A stretch of DNA of 64,000 nucleotides from Felis catus (GCF_018350175.1 NC_058383.1:3720001-3784000), one strand, 5' to 3'; shown: positions 11,351 through 23,411, numbered from the stretch's first letter. The notes: generated from the sequence alone by a model not told the origin. Made by a program: numbers and translations.

Positions 11351-11623
11351 CGTCCTCTCTCCCTGCCGCGGGTGGTTTGCCATCAACCCTGGGCCTTCTT
11401 GGGCTTGTGGAGGGATCCCCCCATCTCCGCCTTCTCCCTGTGTGCCCTCTGGTCCCTGTGCCCAAACTTCCCTTTCTATGAGGACACCAGTCATTGGGCC
11501 ACCCTCGAGACCTCGTCTTGACTAATTACATCTGCAAAGACTCTATGTCCATATAAGGTCACGTTCACAGTTACTAAGGGTTAGGGCTTCGACATCTCTT
11601 TGGGGACACAATTCAATCACCAT
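11205..11623 (-). mobile_element. MaLR LTR (MLT1B/C-like)
   Basis: TATGAGGACACCAGTCATTGG...ATTACATCTGCAAAGACTCTATGTCCATATAAGGTCACGTTCACAG...GGGGACACAATTCAA. Confidence 0.8.
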
Positions 11624-11638
11624 CGCTGACAATTGTGA

Positions 11639-12027
11639 TTTTTTTTTTTAAGATTTTATTTTCAAGTTATCCCTGTGCCCGACGTGGGGCTCGAACTCAT
11701 AACCCTGAGATCAAGAGTCACACATTCTGGGGCGCCTGGGTGGCTCAGTCGGTTAAGCATCTGACTTCTGCTCAGGTCATGATCTCGAGGTTCTTGAGTT
11801 CGAGCCCCGCGTCGGGCCCTCTGCTGTCAGCACAGGATCCTCTGTCCTCCTCTCTCTGCCTCTCACCCACTTGGCTCTCTTTCTCTCTCTGTCAAAAATA
11901 AATAAATAAACATAAAAGAAGGAAGAGAAGGAAAGGGAAGGGGAGGGGAGGGGAGGGGACGGGAAGGGAGAAGAGGAAAGAAAGAAGGAGAGTCACATGT
12001 TCTACTGACTGAGCCAGCCAGGCACCC
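11639..12027 (-). mobile_element. Old short SINEC, split by a nested SINE
   Basis: Halves at 11639-11728 and 11990-12027; TSD CGCTGACA(A/G)TTGTGATTT at 11624 and 12028. Confidence 0.85.
11729..11989 (+). mobile_element. SINEC nested in an older SINE, with a GA-rich expanded tail
   Basis: Full head; TSD GAGTCACACATTCT / GAGTCACATGTTCT. Confidence 0.92.
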
Positions 12028-12584
12028 CGCTGACAGTTGTGATTTGTATAGTCATGGGCACATGTGACCCAACAGGAGCCAATCAGATGCAACAACACAC
12101 CGCTAAGATTCTGGGTCAGAGCTTGGAGCTCGGAGGACGTGAGGTCCGACGTGGCCAGCTGTTTGGGGCCCGTCACGGAAGGATAGGAGCCCACGCTCGT
12201 GTGGACACAAGGGAGCCAGCCCCTTCCTGGTGCCACGTGGACCCCGGAGAATGTGGGGAAACACTGGGTCCAGGTGACACCACTTAAATGCTTCAAGCCA
12301 GGCCTGTTCCCAGACACTCCAAATGCAGGAACCCATGCCTCCTTTTCGTCAAAATCATCTTGGATTGTGGTTTTCTGTCCCTTGAAATCCAAAGAATTTG
12401 ACGATACAGATGGTTCCGCTGGTTCTTGGCCTGGTGTAACGCATAGAAAAACAGAACAGCTGGAGTACAGTGGGGGCTGCTGTTGGCTCCAGAGGGTCTG
12501 CCTGGCTGCAGAGAGAGATCTCAACCCGCAGGACCCACACCAGGCACACGGCGTCTCCGGGCTGGCCACGGAGACGCACAAGTC

Positions 12585-12750
12585 CCTGCTGCTCAGCATG
12601 TGGTCCACGGGCCCGCGGCATCCGGCCCCCCCGGGAGCCGGTCAGACACACAGGTTCTCAGGGCCCGCCCCAGACGCTCTGAACCAGACTGCGCATCTTA
12701 AACAGGATCACCATCGATTTATGTGCTCATTAGAGCTCAAGAAGCACACT
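12585..12750. mobile_element. MER5A/B-like hAT element
   Basis: GCTGCTCAGCATGTGGTCC...CAGGTTCTCAGGGCCCGCCCCAGAC...TTAAACAGGATC...AAGAAGCAC. Confidence 0.7.
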
Positions 12751-13875
12751 TCCAGCCTAATTAGCGAGGAAAGTTTGGGTGGATTAAATCCCAGCTATTT
12801 AACAATCAAATTGGATTTCTGCTCTTTCTGTCTGATTTAAAGCTCTTCCTCCAAGGATCGAGATGCCCAAACAACCAAGTAATCCTACGAATATCATATT
12901 GTGTCATATTATATTATGTTGTGCCATGTTGTGTCACGTTATATCACATCATCAAGTTATAAACATAACATAACACATCAAAATTAAGTAACATCAGAGT
13001 GCAGCATAGTATATACATTCCACTTAGAAGTACGAGGCATCAGACAGTATTTTCCATGTCGTACCTTATTGAAGAGCACAGTATAATACTGGAGACCACG
13101 AGGACACCATCTGTGCCCCAAGTGATACTACGTTCACTGCCGTCTTCAGCGTCGTGAGCAAACGTTGTCGAATCATGGCTCAGCTCTTGGCTCCGTGCGT
13201 TTCCACTCACCGGGCATCCGGAGTAGCCTCACGGAGGCTCCGTCAGCACCAGAATGACGTGCCTCCGAAGCCCAGACAGCTGGAAGCCCAGCGCAAACCT
13301 CTAGCGGTTCACCTGCTCTTTTGGAAAGTAAATTCTCTCCGGTTTCCTGAGTGTCATGGAGACATTTGTCTGGCCTTCCACTGTCTGAGAGACCTGCTTG
13401 GAAAGCCTTTGGGGAGTTAGTTTCTGCTGGTGGTCATCTTTGATGGCACGGCCGCCGGGGTGGGAGCCCACCGGGGCACCACGTTTCAGCAGGGATCAGC
13501 CGCTGAGTACTCAGAGGCCACAGACAACAAAGACACCGAAATTAAGCTAATCCTCCGTGCAAGGCTTTGCAGATGAATAAAAATTACTTCTGACCCTTTC
13601 ACATCTTTGACTCTTTGTGTCTTTATTTTATTTAGATCGGCATGGATACCGTCAAAAATGAAAACAAAGACTAATCAGAGCTTAAATAAAATGCACAAAG
13701 TCGAGTCTGTTCAAAAGGCAGAGGAGAGTGTGCCCATGAGGAAAAGCCCTGAGCGGAAAGGCAAGGTTTAAATCCCAGACAGGGGGTTGCTGATAAACAA
13801 TTGACAACTTCTGCCGTGGACAGAAAGAATGATCCCCTCGGTGTGTACACCATTGGTTAAAACAGGCCCTATTGT

Positions 13876-14099
13876 GGGGCACCTGTGGGGCCCAGGCGGT
13901 TAAGCGTCGATCTTGATTTCGGCTCAGGTCATGATCTCATGGTTCGTGAGGTCGAGTCCCACGTCGGGCTCTGTGCTGACAGAGTGGAGCCTACTTGGGA
14001 TTCTCTCTCTCCCTCTTTCTCTGCCCCTCCCCTGCGTACATGCTCTCGCTCACTCTCGCTCTCTCTAAATAAATAAATAAGCATAAAAAAAAAAAAAAA
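13876..14099 (+). mobile_element. SINEC
   Basis: Full body, A-tail; TSD GCCCTATTG. Confidence 0.93.
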
Positions 14100-14299
14100 G
14101 CCCTATTGCTCCCTGGTCTGGCAACTTTCGTCAGCTTGGTCCAGGAGGGGTCTGGGGTCCATCCAAATCCATGGTCCTCCATCCACGGCCTCTGGCTGGG
14201 GCCACTTATGTGGACTCTCCCGGACATGTACTGCTCTGAGTGCGTATGGCACCACATTAGAGAAGACTGTGCCCCCTACCCCCTTGCACTCCCCACCCC

Positions 14300-14500
14300 C
14301 TCAACCGCATCTACTTCTCTTCCTGGCTCCCGCCACTGCCTGACCTCCGTTCCGCTAGTGTGCGTTGTGCTGCTGACTTGACCCACTCCCATCTGGAGCT
14401 CCGAGGGAGAGGGGCTTTGTTTTGCTTCCGGCTGCATTTTCACATCTAGGACAGCACCCGGCGGAGAGTAGGTGCTCGGGAAGTGTTTCCGAGTGGAAAA
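14300..14500 (+). mobile_element. L2 3' end
   Basis: GAGCTCCGAGGGAGAGGGG...TAGGACAGCACCCGGCGGAGAGTAGGTGCTC. Confidence 0.6.
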
Positions 14501-14629
14501 CGACGTATCAGGTGCTAGGCGGCACTAGAGCTTTTCAAATGAAAACACTGTTATGAAACATAAGCCAGACACTCTACGTTTTAGGAAAATATATTTTAAG
14601 CCATAGGCTGAAAAGCACAAGGAAAAAGA

Positions 14630-14880
14630 GCACATTTTATCCTGCTTTGGAAGGTAATTTATCAGCGTCTCCAAAGGTTTTCAATTCTCACACCCTGCAA
14701 CCCCAGAGCTCTGTCTCTTTGGATGCACACCTCCCCTCACGCACAGAAGTCATGCCCTTGGATGTTCACACGGCCTTGTTTGTGAAATACTGAAGACAGG
14801 TCTCAAGCCCCGTCCACCACGTGCTTCCCGTGGGTCTCCTCGGAGAACACAGCGAGTGCCCGGTGAACGCAGACCTTACC
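14630..14880 (+). mobile_element. L1ME-like fragment
   Basis: CTTTGGAAGGTAATTT...GGATGTTCACACGGCCTTGTTTGTGA. Confidence 0.5.
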
Positions 14881-14939
14881 ATCCACGGCAGGAACCCTGT
14901 CCCGCCCTGTCCCACCTCCGGGAGGGACCCAGCCAGCTC

Positions 14940-15155
14940 ACTCAGCAATCATGATCTGTTTCCACAGTTCATGACCTGAAATCGGGGTGTCCTTAATCTG
15001 CCCTGGTCTGAGAGTCTGAGCTCCCCTCGCTGGTGGAACAGACCTGTCCGTGCTCAGCCTGCACGGCCCATGCCGAGGCCGTGTTCCCCTGTGAGACACT
15101 GGCGGGTGTCAGCTTAGCCAAGCACAGGTGTTTGGGGGAAATTTTGTGAATGAAC
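14940..15155 (+). mobile_element. L2 3' fragment
   Basis: CTGAGCTCCC...CAGACCTGTCCGTGCTC, ending TTTTGTGAATGAA. Confidence 0.45.
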
Positions 15156-16789
15156 GGCCCCAAAAGAGCCAGCGACTCCTTTGCTAAAGGTAGCGGAGTG
15201 GGAGACCGGCGGCCACGTTCTCATGCAAGACCGTCTGCTGTCTTCAGGGCTCCTCACTCCCCCCAAAATAGGAATGTCGGGCAGAGAATCCCAGACATCT
15301 ACAGGTCAGACGTTCAGTTTCAGAAAAAGGTCAGTAGCAAGGTATTAATAGCTGCTTTTCAAAAGTCATGTATCCAGTAGGCAAGCCAAAGCCACAAGTC
15401 CAAAACCCCAAAGGTCCTCCTGGGGAAGCCTGCCTCCCTTTGGAGCCCAGGGACCGCAGTTAGCAATGTCTTCATGCTCGGTCTGTCCCCTGCAGCTGAA
15501 GGCATTCCCGCAAGATGCCGATCCATCGATGGCAGCGAACGGCAGGGGCTTAACGCGCTTCGGTTCTGCACATACAGCTTTCCCACATTTGGAGGGCGGC
15601 CCGCCTACTCAGCGTTCACCACTTTCAATGTGAATCTCATCCAAAACCAGCCTCCTAGGTGACACGTGAAATAAACCGTCACAGTACCTTCCCTCCTCCC
15701 CCACCACGCCCGGTGCCCCTTCCCCCGCAGGACCAGGTACGGCGGTGACCCAGGTACCCGTGGCCAACAGAGAAAGAGAAGTTGAGATGCTCTCCTCACA
15801 GAATGTCCAGGCTTCCAGTCCTCCTTTGGCACGAGGAGACCTCGGCCCCACCCTGAACCCCGAAAGCCACCGAGGGGCAGAGGGCGACGTGGAGAACGAG
15901 TCTCTGGCATTCAGGCTTCAACAGCACGACCACCGCTTGTGGCTCAACCGACCGGTCTCCCAATGTCCACAATCCACCCAAAGCCCTCTGCCGGCCCTGG
16001 GACGTACAACCCTTTCCCTCTACCTGCAGGAGAGGGCAACACCCAAAACCCCATGTGGGCTACTTGCTTCCACGCCACGGCCACCTCCAAACCATCCTAT
16101 CTGCGGGCAATAAACCAGAGGACACCGTGTCACCCGCCTGACCATACAGGATGGTCACTGTGTCAAGTACCAGTTCTCCTGAACTTCCCTCAGGTCCCCC
16201 CAGTTGGTCTTCAGGGCCCTCATCTGCCTCGTCCAGAAGCCCAGCACCCCAGCCTCATTGCCAAAAGTGTTAAGTCCGAATCTGGGAAGGGCCTGGGATT
16301 TTACCGAACTTGCATCCCAAGTGCTTGGTTTGCCAGAATTTTATATCCATATCCTAGCAGAAGGACACAAGACCCCTGGGTTAGAGACAGGGAGGGGTTA
16401 CTACTCACAGCAAGAACGATAAACAGAGCAGCATCCTGTGTGCTTCCCTAATCCCCACAGGGCCAGGCACCGAGGGCCAGGTGATCCGTACGTGCAGTGG
16501 GGTGCAGTCGCCACAGGACTCTAAAGTCAAAAGCCTCTGAACTTTCGTGAAGCTGCTGGCGTACCTGCTTGTCCTCCTCTCTGAAGAGAAAGATTATTCG
16601 CTCCCCCGGAACGTAAGCAAATTATTTCAAGAAGGGGAAGGAGATTTTATCTTTCCTATCTGGAGACATCACCAGGGAGGTATTTCTCTACATTTCTCTG
16701 GTGGGAGCGTCTCTCGCTTCCAGCACGGGCTTGCTATTCCAGCGCGTTCTTTGTGCAGGTGGCCTGGACCGTGCAGGAATACAAGAAAC

Positions 16790-17185
16790 CCGTGAGGAGC
16801 TGTCTTCCAACAGTATCACCTTTTGTGAATTGTCTTTTCAAATATTTGGCAATTCATCTTCTTATCATCGAGCTGTAACAAGATATGTATCACCAGAGCC
16901 CTTTGTAAAATCTACATATTACAAATGTGGCAAACAAATGAAAAACCCCTCCAATGATCCCTGTTGTTTACTTAATGGTTTTGTAACAGGAAGTTTTAAA
17001 TGTCTTCTGAAGTCCACTTTATCAATTTCCTGACAGCACAGAGTCTGCTTGGGATTCTCTCTCTTCCGCCCCTCCCCCACTCCTATTTTTTTCCTTCTCT
17101 CTCTCTCAAAACGAATAAACATTGTTTTAAAAGGCTAAAAAAATCAGTCATATGCATATGGATCGATTTCTGGGTTCTGTATTTC
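16790..17185 (-). mobile_element. Old L1 ORF2-end fragments flanking a truncated SINE
   Basis: ACAGGAAGTTTTAAATGTCTTCTGAAGTCCACTTTATCAATTT; AAAATCAGTCATATGCATATGGATCGATTTCTGGGTTCT. Confidence 0.6.
17030..17130 (+). mobile_element. SINEC 3' half (5'-truncated)
   Basis: CTGACAGCACAGAGTCTGCTTGGGATTCTCTCTC...AAACGAATAAACATT. Confidence 0.85.
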
Positions 17186-17268
17186 AGCCCTAATATAAAT
17201 ACAACGCAAGATGTAAATGTAAGCTACATATGTGATTTTACATTTTTCTAGTAGCCACATTTTCAAAA
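17186..17268. mobile_element. MER3/MER33-like fragment
   Basis: GCTACATATGTGATTTTACATTTTTCTAGTAGCCACATTTTCAAAAG. Confidence 0.6.
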
Positions 17269-17984
17269 GCGGACCGCTATGGAACCGCCATCTTAATCAC
17301 CCACAGTTTAGTCCCATGAACATTTACCCACTGACATTGTTTGTTTGTTTGTTTGTTTGTTTTTTAAGGAATGGGTCCCGGGCTGGCCAACACAGGGGGT
17401 GGTTCATCGTGAAATACGTGTCAAGTAAAACCAAACTTGATACGGCGAGATTAAATTGCTCCGTAAGCTGGAGCCTCAGCTAAAAGCAGAGCCCACGCAT
17501 TGTGACTTTCCGTGTGATGTCACATAATCAGTGCTAAACATTTCCTCCTACCCAGGCTGTGTGGAACCAAGAGCCAGAATCTAGATCCATAATCAATACC
17601 ATGAGCAATAGGACGTTCATTTAACTCAAAGAGGCGAGAAATTACTAAAGGCTGAAATAAATCTTAAAGTTGAGTTACAAATAGCATATACTATCCTATG
17701 CCTGGCTTCACAGGTTAAGTTTCTAGAAACAACTGAATGAGGCTTTATGGTTTAAAAGAAACAAAGATTTATGGGAGAAATGCCATTCGAAAAACACAGA
17801 CTGCGATTAGTCTATGAAAAATAAACAATGGAGACATAACAAAATGACACACTGAAGTGTCACTGTCCTGTGATTCCAAATCCCATAAAATGGCAGAAGA
17901 TATAATTTAAAGAAAATAAACACATAATAGTACTACAGCAGAACTTTAGAAAGTTTTTCGAAGTATAGAAAGTTCACAGGATAT

Positions 17985-18118
17985 GGGACGCCTGGGTGGC
18001 TCAGTTGGTTGAGCATCCGGCTGTTGATTTTGGCTCAAGTCATGATCCCAGAGTCGTGGGATCGAGCCTCAACTTGGGCTCGGCACTGACCATGGAGCCT
18101 GTTTAAGAGTCTCTCTCA
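17985..18118 (+). mobile_element. Older SINEC, 5' portion
   Basis: GGGACGCCTGGGTGGCTCAGTTGG...CATGGAGCCTGTTTAAGAGTCTCTCTC, then interrupted. Confidence 0.88.
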
Positions 18119-18378
18119 GGGGCGCCTGGGTGGTGCAGTCGGTTAAGCGTCCGACTTCAGCCAGGTCACGATCTCCCAGTCCGTGAGTTTGAGCCCCACG
18201 TCGGGCTCTGTGCTGATGACTCAGAGCCTGGAGACTGCTTGGGATTCTGTGTCTCCGTGTCTCTCTGCCCCTCCCTCCCTCATGCTGTTTCTCTCTCTCT
18301 CTCTCTCTCAAAAATAAACATTAAAATAAATAAAAAATAAAATCTTTTAAAATGAATAAAATAAAATAAAAATAAAAA
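18119..18378 (+). mobile_element. SINEC (felid type) inserted into the preceding SINE
   Basis: CAGCCAGGTCACG-type head; long A-rich tail. Confidence 0.93.
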
Positions 18379-18419
18379 GATTCCCTCTTAGGAAAGCATC
18401 CCAGTTCATTGCCTTTTCT

Positions 18420-18725
18420 TTTATATTTTATATTTCTTTTGTATTTCCTTACTTTCAAGTGTATTTTACATATGCATAATGATACATTTTTATGTATAAT
18501 TTGTAGACATATACAATTTTACGTCCCATTTTTCACTTAACCTTATATAAGTGTTTTTCATCTTGCCACTGACTCCTCATAGCTCTCATTTTTGATGTCT
18601 GCATAATATACTTTGATTGAATGTAGCATGATCTATTTTCTCCTTTCCTTCTTTTTGACCATTTGGGTTGTTTCCAATGTGTGCTATTATAAATAATGCC
18701 GTAATTAACATCTCTATTTCCTCAG
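18420..18725 (-). mobile_element. L1ME-like 3' fragment
   Basis: TTTTTCACTTAA...CATTTGGGTTGTTTCCAATGTGTGCTATTATAAATAATGC. Confidence 0.65.
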
Positions 18726-19280
18726 CTAAATTTAAATCTGTTTTATGAATTAAAAGCAGCTGAACTGACTTGTGTGTCATTCCTTTTTGAACGAAAACAG
18801 CATGTCCTGGTTTTGTAACAAGGAGCGCTTCTAAAATTAGGCTTACGGAGAGGGCTGTGTGACAAGTCGGAATAGCAATGGCAGAGTTCCTGAATCTTTT
18901 TAGACAATGTCTGCTTAGCTTCCTTGTCCCTCTTTGGGGACTAGAGTAAGTCCCATGCTGCTTCAGCTTAAAATGAATCTCAAGATCGGTAACGTTAGCC
19001 TTGACAGGAGTAATTTTTTTTCAGACAGCAGCGCTTCTGGCTGCGTTACTTCCTTCAGATCTTCCCGCACTTGACCAGGGTGAAGGTCAACTGCGGATGC
19101 ATAATTTTCAAGCTATTTGAAATACTGGGTAACACTGAAAATGTTTCTGTTTTCTCATAAAGTTTTTTGTTGCCCCAGATACAGAACACCTTGTGAGAGT
19201 AAAGCAGATATGTGCATAGAAGTGGAGGTGGAAGGGGAATGAGTTTTACAAAAGGACCAATTACAAGTCGAAGAAACTTA

Positions 19281-19302
19281 TTTTTTTTTAATGTTTATTT
19301 AT

Positions 19303-19334
<32 letters not shown>

Positions 19335-19488
19335 CACGTAAGCAGGGGAGGGGCAGAGATAGAGGGAGACACAGAATCCGAAGCAGGCTCCAGGCTCTGA
19401 GCTTTCAGCACAGATCCCGACGTGGGGGCTCAATCCCACGAATCAGGAGATGGTAACCTGAGCCGAAGCCAAGAATCAGACACTTAAC
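19281..19488 (-). mobile_element. SINEC, first ~20 bp of head missing
   Basis: Antisense body with (GA)n. Confidence 0.93.
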
Positions 19489-19599
19489 ACAAGTCAAAGA
19501 AGTTTAAAATACGATATTAAAACCTCAAAACTCAATAGATCAGGTGACCAGTACACTGATACAGCTAAAAACGAATTCCTTCCTGGATAATCAAACCAT

Positions 19600-19960
19600 T
19601 CCAAGAGCCACCTAATATGAATTTCACGTGCAGAGAATTGTGGGAATGAAGGGGAGAAAAAATTAATAAAATTATCCACAGTTAAAATAAACACATGAGT
19701 ATCGGGGTTGAGGGAGTTCACTGGAAGTTGATCAGAATGCATGAAACACATAAGCACCTACAGAGCACCGCTGGGAAATTTCAAAACGTCAAAGATAAAA
19801 GGGAAGTCCTAAAAAGCAGACAAAAATAAAAGGAAACAGATTGCCTACAATCTGTCCATTGCCTACAATCTCGTCAATTTGACAAAAGTCAAATTGGGTT
19901 CTATCTTCTCATTGGCAGCACTGGTGCTAGAAGACAACGGACCAACAACCCGGAAAGTAC
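19600..19960 (+). mobile_element. L1/HAL1 ORF1-region remnant
   Basis: GAAATTTCAAAACGTCAAAGATAAAAGGGAAGTCCTAAAA...CTTCTCATTGGCAGCACTGGTGCTAGAAGACAA. Confidence 0.55.
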
Positions 19961-20405
19961 GAGTATACATTACGAAAGGATTCCCACGACCAGGTTAGTT
20001 ACCATATCCATCACATCGCATAATTATGATGGTGTTTGGGGGGGACGGTGAGAACATTCAAGATCTACTCTGTTAGCAACTTTCAAGTATATAATATGAT
20101 GTTGTTAACTACAGTCACCATGTTCAACGCGAGATCCCCAGAACGTAGCCATGCCATCATTGGAAGTTTGTGCCCTTTGACCAGTGGGTCATTTCCCCCA
20201 CCCCCAGCCCTGACCACCACCATTCTACTCTCCGTTTCTATGAGTTTGACTCTTCTTTTTTATTCCACATGTGAGTGAGATCGTATCATATTTGTCTTTC
20301 TCTGTCTGACTTATTTCACTTAGCACAATGCCCTCAAAGTGTTCATCCGTGTTGTCACCAATGGCATTGTGCCTTATCATTTTAAGGCTGAATGATATTC
20401 CATTT

Positions 20406-20460
20406 TATATATATATATATAAACCACACATATCTCACACACACACACACACACACACAC
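20406..20460. repeat. (TA)n and (CA)n microsatellites inside the L1
   Basis: Direct reading. Confidence 0.9.
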
Positions 20461-21066
20461 CACATTTTCTTTGTCTATTTATCCATTGATGGACACTTAC
20501 GTTGTTTCTGTGTCTTGGCTATTGTGAATAATGCTAAAACAAGCATGGAGGTGCAGACACGTCTTGGGGATAGTGCTTTCCTTTCCTTCGGATATATACC
20601 CAGAGGTGGGATTGATGGATCATGTGGTAGTTCTGTTGTTAATTTTTTGAGGAACCACCATGCCGCCTTCTGTAGTGGCTACAGCAATTCACATTCCCAC
20701 CAGCAGTACACAAGGGCTCCCTTTTCCCCACATCCCCGTGGACACCCATTGGAACAGGTGTGAGGTGACCTCACTGTGGTTTTGACTTGCATTCCCCTGA
20801 TGGTGGGTGATGTTGAGCACCTTTCTATGTACATCTTGGTCATTTGTACGCCTTCTTTGGGAAAAATGTCTGTTCATGTCCTCTGTCCACATTTTATTTA
20901 ATCAGATTATTCTTGATTATTGTTATTAACTTGCTGCTGAGTTGTATGAGTTCTTTATGTATTTTGGACATTCACCCTTTATCAGATAAATGATTTGCAA
21001 GTATTTTCTCCCATTCTGTAGGTTGCCTCTTCTCTTTGTTGATCGTTTCTTTTGCTGTGCAGAAGC

Positions 21067-21143
21067 TTATTTTATTTTACTTTATTTTAATTTTATTTTA
21101 GAGACAAAGAGCACGCACAAGTGGGGGAGGGGCAGAAGGGGGG

Positions 21144-21190
<47 letters not shown>

Positions 21191-21310
21191 TCAAGCAGGC
21201 CCCCCCCTCAGCACAGAGCCTGATGTGGGGCTGAATCTCATGACCCTGGGGTCATGACCTGAGCCAAAATCGAGTCAGATGCTTAACCAACTGAGCTACC
21301 CAGGTGCCCC
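21067..21310 (-). mobile_element. SINEC inside the L1
   Basis: Antisense body, long (GA)n; GCAGAAGCTT on both flanks. Confidence 0.92.
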
Positions 21311-22817
21311 TGGCAGAAGCTTTTTAGTTTTATGGAAGCCCATGTGTTTATTTTCCTTTTTTTATTTTTTGCTTATGCTTTTGGTATCATATCCAAAACA
21401 TCATCCCATTATTGCCAAGTCCAATATCAAGGGGATTTTTCCCCCTTTTCTTCTTCTAGACCAGTTCCAGGTCTTACATCCAAATCTCCAACCCATTTTG
21501 AGTTCATTCTCGGGAGTGGTGTGAGATGGGGTCCAGTTTCAGTCTTTTACACGTGAACACCCAGTTCTCCCAACGCTCCTGAAAATACTGTCTTTTCCTC
21601 ACTGAGTATTCTTGGCTTCCCTGTCAAATATTAGCTGACCATATGCGCATGGGTTTGTTTCTGGGTTCTCGACCCTGTTCCGTCAGTCTACGTGTCTGTT
21701 TTTACCAGTGCCGTGCCCTCGGTGCCGATGACAGGGCCAAGCCCAGTGGGGCGTGGCCGAGTTCTTGGGGGCACAGAGCTCTTTCTGGGGCTGTGGCAAG
21801 GACTGCATTTGGCAAACCAGTTGCCTGGGTTCAGACCCCTCCTTCACAAAATCCTCACCTTGGTCTCGGGCTGTGCCGAGGCTCCAGTCTCCAACGTGGA
21901 TTCCAGGGCTCCCACAAAGACGTGTTTGTCCGTGAATATTGGGGGCGGGGAGTGAACGTGTTGGGGGTGAGGAACGTCTTATTCGACCACCTTGCTGGCA
22001 TCACCCCAGGACTTTTTATTTCACACATTGGTTTCTGGACGCCTTCATCATCCCAGATCCCCTTATCCGATTACACTCCAAGTTTGTCTAGGATGTGTTT
22101 CTTCTTAAAACCGAACCGTCATGTAGGCTTATCCTGAAAGTGAGTTTTTGAAAATCACTCTGAGCCTTGACACTGCTTCCCAGCATTTCGGAGGGACTTA
22201 AGTCACCAGGAGACGGGGACGAGGACCACATCCAGGCCCCAGGAAGGACACACACACCACGACACATCAAAATCAGACATTCGCCAAACCCATTCAGTGC
22301 TGTTCACAACTTCCCCAAGGAGATTGCCGGTCGGTTTCAAGCTTGCCATCCTCACCAAGGTCCTTGGCTCACCTCAGACTTGCCGTTCAATCCCCCAGAG
22401 CGAGCCAGGCAGGAGGGGAAAGGACCCTTGTTAGCAGGTAGAAATGCGGTCCCGACGTGGCCCTGTCTTCTCATTTTTCCCAACATGTCGGAAACCCAGA
22501 TTTTTGCTTTTTGGCCGGGGACTCTCCTGACTTCTGTAATTTGCCAACAAAACAAAAAGATTCTTAAACATTCTGCGAGCCAGCCAAAACAAATACATGT
22601 GCCCGATTCAGAACAGACTCGAAACCTCCGATTTCAGTGAAGTCTAATGGGTAATAATGCACAAAGGCGATTAAATTTCCAGGGCCGGAACTTTGGATCC
22701 AGCAGACAAAGGGAGGCGGGGCCGGGGCGAGGAGAGTCACAGCCATCTCTTTGCCATGGAAACCCCAAGGGATGAGACTTACATTTTTTTTCTGTATTAA
22801 GAGATCAGTGGGAGATT

Positions 22818-22960
22818 AATAATAATCCCGTACATTGATGTAGCACTTCAGACCTGAGTGCTTGCTCATCTACAATCTCATTTGATCCTTATAACAGCCC
22901 CGTGAGCTTGTCAAGAACATCCAACACTCTCTCATCCGATTAAAGGGAGCCAAGGACTCA
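22818..22960 (-). mobile_element. MIR fragment
   Basis: AATCTCATTTGATCCTTATAACAGCCCCGTGAG. Confidence 0.6.
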
Positions 22961-23411
22961 CACAATTTCACTTAGAGAAAAGAAAGAGGAGAGACCAAAA
23001 GGTAACCTTTTCCAGCTTTCAGTGGCAATGCTCAGAAATAAGTCCTTGTTTCCCTGACTTTCACCTGCTCTCTCTCCTCCTCCCTGTGTTCGGTACGCTG
23101 CCCTGTTCCCTTGTTCCAGAAGGAGCAGCTCATGTTCACAGAGCACAGGGCTTGGCAGCAGCAGGGGTCAGTCAGAGCTCCGGCCGGTGAACTAGAACCT
23201 GTCTGGCAAGGTTTGCAATGAAAATACCACCTGGTGGTTGACGATCCAGAAATGACCCTCACTGACTTGTTGATATGCAAAGAACCAAGCTTTGACTGAC
23301 CTCACTCAAGTCCTTGGTCATAAAATTTTTTTTTTTAAATTCATTAACTGTAGCTGATCTTTACGATCCAGTGGCTCAGAGATAAATGAGTCTCTTGTCA
23401 AAAGTGGGGTG

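Larger units (their letters stand above)
19965..21710 (-). mobile_element. L1MA9/L1_Carn-like LINE-1 3' portion
   Basis: AGATCTACTCTGTTAGCAACTTTCAAGTATATAATA; TTTGTCTTTCTCTGTCTGACTTATTTCACTTAGCA; GGATATATACCCAGAGGTGGGATTG. Confidence 0.9.

Noticed and set aside
10590..11465. Longest ORF (291 aa, minus strand) and overlapping ORFs
   Set aside because: P/R/G/A-rich, starts inside an MLT1 LTR, several frames open on both strands: expected from stop-poor GC-rich DNA, with no recognisable domain.
11575..11586. TAAGGGTTAGGG telomere-like pair
   Set aside because: Only two units, and part of the normal MLT1 LTR sequence.
11892..12608. 238-aa minus-strand ORF, including an exon-like stretch near 12290-12431
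   Set aside because: Runs through MER5 and SINE sequence; an acceptor-like site exists but no convincing donor and no recognisable protein.
19965..21710. Possible functional L1 ORF2
   Set aside because: 5'-truncated, interrupted by a SINE, with only short broken ORFs.
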